Shown here piece by piece: positions 21,458 through 31,494 of a stretch of DNA of 31,494 nt. Origin of the DNA: Kofleriaceae bacterium (GTDB taxonomy: Bacteria; Myxococcota_A; Polyangia; Haliangiales; Haliangiaceae); assembly GCA_046597055.1 (NCBI GenBank), contig JBKJLC010000209.1:1-31494 (forward strand). Direction: 5' to 3'. The notes under the pieces are model-generated. The model ran no database searches. It was not told the origin of the DNA and saw only the letters and a list, made by a program, of their open reading frames with translations. Position 1 is the first letter of the stretch; each line of letters starts with the position of its first letter. The translations under genes and the position numbers were made by a program.

Positions 21458-21464
21458 GCGCTGA

Positions 21465-22301
21465 GTGCGGCAGCGGCGCCACTCGCCGCGGGTGCTGGCA
21501 TGGCGGACGGCGGTCGCCCTGCTGAGCAACACCGCGATGGCGACCGGCCTGTACCCGCTGGCGCCGCACGCCTGGCTGGCGTGGTCGCGCTGGCGTCGCG
21601 ACAAGCTCCCGCTGCCGCGCCAGCTGCGCGCGGCGCTGCGCGAGTGGCGGGTCGCGCTCGCGGCCTCGGTGGCCCGGCCGCTCGGCTTCGGGCCGCTGGC
21701 CGGTGAGCACGGGCATGGGCCGCGGCCGATCATCCTGGTCCACGGCTACGTCATGAACCGGGCAAACTTTCGGGTCCTGGCCCGGCGGCTGGCCGAGGCC
21801 GGGCTGGGGCCGGTGCTCGGCTTCGAGTACTGGACGCTGGGCCGCGCCGCCACCGCCGCCAAGCGCCTGGCCGACTACATCGAGGAGGTCCGCGCCGCGA
21901 CCGAGGCCGACCAGGTCGACGTGATCGGCCACTCGATGGGGGGCGTGGTCGGGCGCTACTACGTCAGCCTGCTCGGTGGCGATGGCGTGGTGAAGAACCT
22001 GGTGACGATCGGGACGCCGCACGCTGGCACCGACGCCAGCTCGATCGGCATCGGGCGCCCCGCCAAGGAGCTGATCCTGAACTCGTCGCTCATGCAGCGG
22101 CTCGAGGCCGCGTCGCGCCTGGTCGAGACCCGGCTCACCGTGATCTGGTCGCGGGCCGACGCGCTGGTGTCGCGCGCGCGCAACGCCCGCGTCGCCGGGG
22201 TGGACCCCGCCGACGAGCTGATCTTCGACGACCTCGGCCACATGACCATGCTGGTCGACCGCCGGGTCGCCGACGCGATCATCGCGCGCCTGCGCCGCTG
22301 A
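21465..22301 (+). CDS. Alpha/beta hydrolase (lipase/esterase family)
   Basis: PIILVHGY, nucleophile elbow GHSMGG, LVTIGTPHAGT, D (SRADALV) and H (LGHMTML). The start is uncertain (GTG 21465 or ATG 21537). Confidence 0.9.
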   Translation: MRQRRHSPRVLAWRTAVALLSNTAMATGLYPLAPHAWLAWSRWRRDKLPLPRQLRAALREWRVALAASVARPLGFGPLAGEHGHGPRPIILVHGYVMNRANFRVLARRLAEAGLGPVLGFEYWTLGRAATAAKRLADYIEEVRAATEADQVDVIGHSMGGVVGRYYVSLLGGDGVVKNLVTIGTPHAGTDASSIGIGRPAKELILNSSLMQRLEAASRLVETRLTVIWSRADALVSRARNARVAGVDPADELIFDDLGHMTMLVDRRVADAIIARLRR

Positions 22302-22323
22302 GCGGGGCTGGCCTCGGGCCGGC

Positions 22324-23718
<1,395 letters not shown>

Positions 23719-23810
23719 GGGCCAGCCGTCCACGCCAGCACCCGCCGAAGGCCAGTCGTTGCCGCAGGTTGCCGTGCGCACGGCGCCGCTCACGAGGCTT
23801 AGTAACGCAC

Positions 23811-24173
23811 ATGCGCCACGCCATCGCCGCCGTCGTCACCCTCGGCCTGCTCGCCACCGCCACGACCGCCGTTGCCGACGTGACCGACCGCTGGGTCGCG
23901 ATCGACAAGGTCGCCGTCAGCCTGAGCTCGACCTCCTTCGGCGGCCAGCGCGAGCTCGTGCTCACCGGGGTCCGAGACGGCGCTGCAGCGGTGCAGACGT
24001 CCGCGTACGTGTCAGACGGGTCGACGGAAGATCGTGAGATCGTCACGCGGTGCGAGCGTTTGGTGCTGCTGGCGTTGACCCGACCGGGCCGCTACGTGGT
24101 CGAAATAACTCGCGAAAACGGGACATTGCCCCGCTACCATATGAGCTCGTGCCGCCTCGCGCGGGTCGACTGA
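23811..24173 (+). CDS. Small secreted protein (120 aa, two Cys)
   Basis: Signal peptide MRHAIAAVVTLGLLATATTAVA and CERLVLLALTRPGRY…CRL. Confidence 0.8.
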   Translation: MRHAIAAVVTLGLLATATTAVADVTDRWVAIDKVAVSLSSTSFGGQRELVLTGVRDGAAAVQTSAYVSDGSTEDREIVTRCERLVLLALTRPGRYVVEITRENGTLPRYHMSSCRLARVD

Positions 24174-24189
24174 ACCGGTCGGAGCCACC

Positions 24190-25629
24190 ATGCCGACCTC
24201 CATCCTCCGCTACGCGGGCGTGCTCGCCGTGGCGCTCGCTGCCTGCGGCGGGTCGCCCGACGAGCCCGCGACCGGCGCCCCGCCGGACGCGTCGACTGAC
24301 GCCGGGACTGACGCCAGCACCGATGCGCCCCCCGGCCCGAACGACGCCGACGGTGACGGCGTGGCCGACGCCGACGACTGCGCGCCCACCCATCCTGGCC
24401 TTCACCACACGCTCGCCTTCGCGTTCCGCGATCACGACGGTGACCAGCGCTACGTGGCCGAGGCCGGCACCGTCTGCGCCGGCGTCGCGTTGCCCGCCGG
24501 CTACCGGGCCGACGCACCAACCGACGAGCTCGACTGCGACGACACCCGCGCCGCCGCCTGGCGGCTCGCCAACGCCTACCCGGACACGGACCTCGACGGG
24601 TACGGCGTCGCGCCGGTTACCTCGCTGTGCACCGGCGATGGGCTTCCGTCCGGCTGGGCCATCTCCAGCAACGACTGCGCCGCCACCGATGCCACGCGCT
24701 GGCAGCTGCTCAGCTACAGCCACCGCGACGCCGACGGCGACGGCGCCTGGGCCGTCGACGCCGGCGAGCTGTGCAGCGGCGCGGCGCTGCCCGCCGGCTA
24801 CAGCGCGACCGCACCGGCCGGCGAGCTCGACTGTGCGCCCGCCGACCCCGCGCTCTGGCGCGCGCCGTCGCTGTATCCCGACAGCGACGGCGACGGCGTC
24901 GGCGTCGAGCCCTCGCTGGCGGTCTGCGTCGGCGTGACCGTCCCAGCCGGCTGGGCCTCGACCGCCGGCGACTGCGCCGCCACCGACGCCAGCGCGTGGC
25001 GCATGCTGCCCTACGGCTATCGCGATCAGGACGGCGACGACCAGACCGTCCTGCAGGTCGGCACGATCTGCGCCGGCACCGCGCTGCCGCTCGGCTATCG
25101 CACCGGGCCCACCGGCGACGACTGCGATGACGCCGATCGCACGCTCTGGCGGACGGTCGCGCTCTACGCCGACACCGATCGCGACTCGGTCGGCGCCGGG
25201 GCCAGCACCGCGACCTGCCTGGGCGCGACCCTGCCACCGGCGACCTCGCTGGCCGGCACCGACTGCGCCGCGACCGACCCGTCGGCCTGGCGCCTGCTGC
25301 CGTACGGCTTCGTCGATCGCGACCGGGACCAGGCGACCGTTGCCAGCGCCGGCTCGACCTGCAGCGGCACCGCGCTGCTGCCGCCGTACTATGCGGCCGC
25401 GTCGGGCGCCGATTGCGACGACGAGGACCCGGCGCTGACCGGCTACCGGGTCACCTACGCCGATCTCGATCGCGACGGCGTCGGTGCGGCCCCGCGCGCG
25501 ATCACGTGCCTCGGCGCGGAGTTGCCCCCGGGCCGCCGCCTCGCCGGCTACGACGACGACGACGGCGACCCCGCCGTGATCCTCGACCAGGACAGCGAGG
25601 ACGAGGAGCTCGACCTCATCCTGAACTGA
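24190..25629 (+). CDS. Lipoprotein with eight Asp/Cys repeats (DxDxD…C…P.G[YW]…DC), putative Ca/metal-binding surface protein
   Basis: LAAC lipobox, a DASTDAG linker, eight repeats of about 47-52 aa, and a GGAG SD. Confidence 0.9.
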   Translation: MPTSILRYAGVLAVALAACGGSPDEPATGAPPDASTDAGTDASTDAPPGPNDADGDGVADADDCAPTHPGLHHTLAFAFRDHDGDQRYVAEAGTVCAGVALPAGYRADAPTDELDCDDTRAAAWRLANAYPDTDLDGYGVAPVTSLCTGDGLPSGWAISSNDCAATDATRWQLLSYSHRDADGDGAWAVDAGELCSGAALPAGYSATAPAGELDCAPADPALWRAPSLYPDSDGDGVGVEPSLAVCVGVTVPAGWASTAGDCAATDASAWRMLPYGYRDQDGDDQTVLQVGTICAGTALPLGYRTGPTGDDCDDADRTLWRTVALYADTDRDSVGAGASTATCLGATLPPATSLAGTDCAATDPSAWRLLPYGFVDRDRDQATVASAGSTCSGTALLPPYYAAASGADCDDEDPALTGYRVTYADLDRDGVGAAPRAITCLGAELPPGRRLAGYDDDDGDPAVILDQDSEDEELDLILN

Positions 25630-25701
25630 CCCGAGTCGGCCTCGCCCGGGGCCGCAGCTCGCACACCCGCCCGGGCAGGGCTCGCGCTACCCTGGCCCCG
25701 C

Positions 25702-26370
25702 GTGTTCCTCGGCGTCGTGATCGTGCTCGGGGCGCTGGCGCTGGCGCTGGCCCGCTCGGTCGCGCCGCGGCTGGCGCACCGCGCGTTCGCCGCCGGTGGG
25801 TTCGCGACCGCCCGGCGGCGCTACCAGGTGATCGTGTGGACGTCGCTGTCGCGCCGGCGCCGCGCCGCCGCCCGGGTCTCGATCGCCGGCGCCTGGCTGG
25901 CCGAGGGCAGCTACCCCGCGGGCGAGACCGCGCTCGGCGTCGTCGACGACACGGTCCTCGACCCCGCGACCCGCGCCGGCTGGCTCAACAACCGGGCCTA
26001 CGCGGCGCTCCGACGCGGGGCCCGCGGCGACGCGGCCCGGGCGCCGCTGGCCTGGGTGCGCGAGGCGCTGACGCTGCGCCCCGACGTGCCGAGCCTGCTC
26101 CACACCGAGGGCCTCGCGCTCCACGCGCTCGGTCAGCCCGAGGCGGCGGTGCGCGCGTTCGAGGCGATGTGGGATCAGGGCGAGCCGCCGCCCCGGCTCG
26201 AGGCCGAGCGCTGCTTCGACCTCGCGCGCGCCTGGGCCGACCTGGGCCACGCCGACTACGCGGCTGACTACCAGCGCCGGGCCCGCCGGGCCGCGCCCGA
26301 CGCGCCCTGGATCGCCGAGCTGCCCGCGCTGCCGGTCGAGCCCGCGATCCTCGACGACGCGGTCGCCTGA
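25702..26370 (+). CDS. Membrane-anchored TPR-like protein
   Basis: N-terminal TM segment, then WLNNRAYA, ALTLRPD…LLHTEGLALHALG…A..AFE and FDLARAW..LG. Confidence 0.75.
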   Translation: MFLGVVIVLGALALALARSVAPRLAHRAFAAGGFATARRRYQVIVWTSLSRRRRAAARVSIAGAWLAEGSYPAGETALGVVDDTVLDPATRAGWLNNRAYAALRRGARGDAARAPLAWVREALTLRPDVPSLLHTEGLALHALGQPEAAVRAFEAMWDQGEPPPRLEAERCFDLARAWADLGHADYAADYQRRARRAAPDAPWIAELPALPVEPAILDDAVA

Positions 26371-26392
26371 CCCGGGCCACCAGGAGCCGCGG

Positions 26393-26713
26393 TCACCGCC
26401 AGTCGGGACCCAGCTCGGACTCGAGGATCTCGGCGCACAGCGCGACGCACCCGTCGCAGATCGCGATGGCGGCGGTCCCCAGCAGCTTGCGCACCGCGGT
26501 GCTCGGCTTGCCGCACCAGCTGCACGCCAGGCCCGAATCCGGCTGCGGCCCGGTGGTCGGCTCCAGCTCGGCGATGCCCTCGTCGGGCACGTGGTACTCG
26601 CCGGTGGTGCCGACCCGCGCGCCTCCGCCCAGCCGGTCGCAACAGCCCTGGCAGACCAGGATCAGATCGCCACGGGCGAGGTCGCCACTGCACACCGGAC
26701 ACGGGGTGGTCAC
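26393..26713 (-). CDS. Small double zinc-finger protein with a ClpX C4-type finger
   Basis: CPVC…CQGC plus CSWCGK…VRKL…AICDGCVALCAEIL (ClpX zinc-binding domain pattern). GTG at 26713 has TATCGT 6 nt upstream. Confidence 0.85.
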   Translation of the reverse strand: MTTPCPVCSGDLARGDLILVCQGCCDRLGGGARVGTTGEYHVPDEGIAELEPTTGPQPDSGLACSWCGKPSTAVRKLLGTAAIAICDGCVALCAEILESELGPDWR

Positions 26714-26744
26714 CCGCTGACGATAGCGCGGTGGGCGCCGGCGG

Positions 26745-28451
26745 TCAGCCGGTGGCGTGCCGCGGCAGCGTGACGATGAACCGCGCACCGCGCCCGGGCT
26801 CGCTCGACACCGCGAGCGATCCGCCGTGGTCGGCGACGATCGCGTGGCAGGTCGCCAGCCCGAGCCCGGTGCCCTTCTTCCGGGTGGTGAAGAACGGATC
26901 GAAGATGCGCGCCACGTGCTCGGGCGCGATGCCGGGCCCGTCGTCCTCGATCTCGATCACGACCTTGACCTCGTCGACCCGGGCGCGGGCGGTCACGTGA
27001 CCGCCGCCGGCCTGGGCCGCCTCGGCCGCGTTCCGGCACAGGTTCCACACGACCTGGCGGAGCTTCGACGGGTCGGCGGTCATCCCGATCCGCCCGTCGG
27101 GCAGCTCGGCGACCCACGTGATCGCGCCCCAGGTCCGATCCTGGCGCATCACCTGGAGGGTCTCGCCGACCAGCACCGCGAGGTCGATCTCGATCAGCTC
27201 GCGCGGGCGCGGGTTGGCGTACTCGAGCAGCTCGTTGATCAGCGTGTCGAGCCGCTCGATCTCGCGCACGACGATCGTCATCAGGGCCTTGTCGTCCTCG
27301 GCGACCTGGGGCGTGTTGGCGAGCAGCTCGATCGACCCGGAGATCGCGGCCAGCGGATTGCGGATCTCGTGGGCGATGCCGGCGGCGAGCTGTCCGACCG
27401 TCGCCATCCGCTCGGCGCGCCGCATGGTGTCCTCGAGCGTGCGCAGCTCGGTCAGGTCCTGGAAGTTGAGGACCCGGCCGATGACCTCGTCGGCCGGATC
27501 GCGCAGCGGGGACACCGATAGCCCGAGCACCCGCGGCTCGCGCCCGCGCCGGGGCGGCAGCACCAGATCCGACCGGCGCAGGCTGTCGCGGGCACCCAGC
27601 GCGCGCAGGCGGACCGCCAGCCCCGGCAAGACCGCGTCGGCCGGGTGGCCGGTGGCGTCGTCGGGCGACACGTCGAGGATGTCGCCGGCGGCCTGGTTCA
27701 TCGTCAGGATCTGGCCGGCGAGGTCGACCGTGACCAGGCCGCTCGACAGCGACCGCACGATGTCGCGGTTGAGCGCGAACAGGTCGGCCGCGACCTGGCG
27801 CTCCGAGGCCAAGGACGCGCTGGTGCGCTGCAGCTCGCCGCCGAAGATGTAGGACAGCACGCCGACCCCGACCAGGGCGCCGACGTTGAGGCCGAGGTCG
27901 CTGGCCAGGCTGGCGCCGGCCTGATCCCACGGTGACAGCTGCGGCAGGCTGGGCAACGGCAACGCCTGGGTCCAGGCGGCGAGCCCCATGGTCACCACCA
28001 GCACGATCGAGGCGACCGTGACCACCACCGCGCCGCGCCGGTAGCGGACCGCGCCGGCACCGACCACCGAGAGCGCGTAGAAGAACGTGTAGGCGCTCTG
28101 GCTGCCGCCGGTGACGTAGACCATCGCGCTGGTGACCGCGAGATCGCCGGCGAGCTGCGGCCATACCAGCCGCTCGGGATCGACCCCGCGCCGGAGCAGC
28201 AGCGCGTAGACGATCGTCAGCACGTAGGTGACCGTCACCACGCCGATCAGGAACATGTAGACGGGCGCGGTGAGGCCGCGCTGCTCGTCGAGGCTGCCGA
28301 TCCACAGGGTCAGCCCGAGCACCAGGCTGATGACGACGGTGCGCAGCAGCATCAGCCAGGTGAGCCGCCGGGCCAGCTCGCCGCGCGCGGGCACCGCGAG
28401 CGCAGGCGCGGACCGCACCGGGTCCACGCGCCCGGTCGCCTGGGTCGTCAT
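26745..28451 (-). CDS. pilS: PilS-type membrane sensor histidine kinase (TM region, PAS, HisKA, HATPase)
   Basis: The N-terminal TM region has WLMLLR and VYVTGGSQSAYTFFY. H-box AAGIAHEIRNPLAAI; N/G boxes WNLCRNA, DDGPGI, FDPFFTT and GTGLGL. It lies directly after pilC. ATG at 28451. Confidence 0.85.
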   Translation of the reverse strand: MTTQATGRVDPVRSAPALAVPARGELARRLTWLMLLRTVVISLVLGLTLWIGSLDEQRGLTAPVYMFLIGVVTVTYVLTIVYALLLRRGVDPERLVWPQLAGDLAVTSAMVYVTGGSQSAYTFFYALSVVGAGAVRYRRGAVVVTVASIVLVVTMGLAAWTQALPLPSLPQLSPWDQAGASLASDLGLNVGALVGVGVLSYIFGGELQRTSASLASERQVAADLFALNRDIVRSLSSGLVTVDLAGQILTMNQAAGDILDVSPDDATGHPADAVLPGLAVRLRALGARDSLRRSDLVLPPRRGREPRVLGLSVSPLRDPADEVIGRVLNFQDLTELRTLEDTMRRAERMATVGQLAAGIAHEIRNPLAAISGSIELLANTPQVAEDDKALMTIVVREIERLDTLINELLEYANPRPRELIEIDLAVLVGETLQVMRQDRTWGAITWVAELPDGRIGMTADPSKLRQVVWNLCRNAAEAAQAGGGHVTARARVDEVKVVIEIEDDGPGIAPEHVARIFDPFFTTRKKGTGLGLATCHAIVADHGGSLAVSSEPGRGARFIVTLPRHATG

Positions 28452-28480
28452 CGTCCCTCGCGGCGCCGGCGCGTCCGCGG

Positions 28481-29689
28481 TCACTGCGATTCGATGTTGC
28501 CGGCCAGCTCGAACACCGGCAGGTACATCGCGATGATGAGGCCGCCGACGACCACGCCGAGGAAGGCCATCATGATCGGCTCGATCGACTTGGTCATCGC
28601 GCCGACCGCGGCGTCGACCTCGTCCTCGTAGAAGTCGGCGATCTTCTGGAGCATCTGGTCCATGGCGCCGGTCTGCTCGCCCACCCCGATCATCTGGGTG
28701 ACCATCGACGGGAACACCTTGGTGTCGGCGAGAGGCCCGGCCATGTCCTGGCCCTCCGAGATCTTGGCGCGCGAGTACAGGATGCCGCGCATGACCACCC
28801 GATTGCCGGCCGTCTTGGCGCAGATGTCGAGCGCGTCGAGGATGGGCACGCCGGACGCGAGCAGGGTGCCCAGCGTTCGGGTGAAGCGGGCGACCACGAT
28901 GCGGCGGAGCACCGGTCCGATCACCGGGATCCGCAGCAGCGAGTAGTCGAGGATGTCGCGGCCGCGGTCGGTCTTGAGCCCCAGCGACAGCAGCACGCCC
29001 ATCGTCACCAGCGCGGCGATGATGAGGTACCACTTGCCGATGAAGGTGTCGGAGATGTTGATGACGACCTGGGTCGGTCCCGGCAGCTTCGCGTTCGGGA
29101 ACTCCTCGTACATCTTCTGGAAGGTCGGGATGACCTTGCCAAGCATCACGGCGATCACGCCGAACGCCACCACGAGGATGACGATCGGGTAGACCAGCGC
29201 GCTCTTGAGCTGGGCGCGCAGCTTCACCGCCTTTTCGATGTAGGCGGCGAGCCGGTTGAGGATGGTGTCGAGGATGCCGCCGATCTCGCCGGCGGCGACC
29301 AGGTTGACGAACAGCTCGTCGAAGACCTTGGGGTGGCGCCGCAGCGCCTCGGAGAAGGTCGAGCCCTGCTCCACGGACGACTTGATGTTGTACAGGGTGC
29401 GGCCGAAGACCTTGTTCTCGGTCTGACCGGCGAGGATGTCGAGGCACTGCACCAGCGGGAGGCCGGCGTCGATCATCGTCGCCAGCTGGCGCGTGAAGAT
29501 CTGCAGCTCCTTCGGGGTTACTCCTGACCCGAACGAGATCGAGAGCTGCCGGGCCTCCTTCTTGATCTTCTTGGGCGTCAACTGATCGGCGCGGAGCCGG
29601 TTGGCGACCGCCCCCTCGTCGGCGGCCTCCATCGTGCCGCGCTTGACGTCTCCCGATCGACCAGTGGCTTCCCAGGTGTACTTGGGCAT
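28481..29689 (-). CDS. pilC: Type IV pilus inner-membrane platform protein
   Basis: Motifs FTRQLATMIDAGLPLVQCL, AGEIGGILDTIL.RLA, RFTRTLGTLL.SGVPIL, GEQTGAMDQML.KIADFYE and AMYLP. ATG at 29689. Confidence 0.96.
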   Translation of the reverse strand: MPKYTWEATGRSGDVKRGTMEAADEGAVANRLRADQLTPKKIKKEARQLSISFGSGVTPKELQIFTRQLATMIDAGLPLVQCLDILAGQTENKVFGRTLYNIKSSVEQGSTFSEALRRHPKVFDELFVNLVAAGEIGGILDTILNRLAAYIEKAVKLRAQLKSALVYPIVILVVAFGVIAVMLGKVIPTFQKMYEEFPNAKLPGPTQVVINISDTFIGKWYLIIAALVTMGVLLSLGLKTDRGRDILDYSLLRIPVIGPVLRRIVVARFTRTLGTLLASGVPILDALDICAKTAGNRVVMRGILYSRAKISEGQDMAGPLADTKVFPSMVTQMIGVGEQTGAMDQMLQKIADFYEDEVDAAVGAMTKSIEPIMMAFLGVVVGGLIIAMYLPVFELAGNIESQ

Positions 29690-29693
29690 CGCG

Positions 29694-30815
<1,122 letters not shown>

Positions 30816-30826
30816 GGACCATCCTC

Positions 30827-31494
<668 letters not shown>

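Noticed and set aside
26745..29447. 900-aa ORF suggesting a giant PilS
   Set aside because: The first ~330 aa are an off-frame reading of pilC. The kinase begins at about 28451.

Overview
This is a high-GC bacterial chromosome segment. The gene content points to Myxococcota (inference): a pilB-pilT-pilC-pilS cluster, a Hanks-type kinase, DUF4398/TSP3-OmpA lipoproteins and Asp/Cys-repeat lipoproteins. Most of the window is housekeeping or envelope DNA: dapA-dapB-M28 peptidase, ribF, a Glu/Leu/Phe/Val dehydrogenase, an RsmB-family methyltransferase, a tandem GNAT protein, apbE, a GT4 glycosyltransferase, an OmpA/beta-barrel module, a kinase-PAS fusion, cyaY, a TerB-like protein, an alpha/beta hydrolase, miaB and the type IV pilus motor genes. 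I found no rRNA, tRNA, CRISPR array, integrase or transposase, and I cannot support a claim that an intact new system is present. The best leads are: (1) a lower-GC, collapsed ATPase+HNH defence-type remnant (Septu/PtuAB-like) with a large deletion and a frameshifted CxxC motif; (2) a TANNNT box 6-8 nt before many start codons, suggesting widespread leaderless transcription; (3) two intergenic rod-like hairpin elements that share an internal-loop motif; (4) an envelope module resembling a split TraB architecture; (5) pilS without the usual downstream pilR/pilA. All family calls come from motif recognition by eye, not from database searches.
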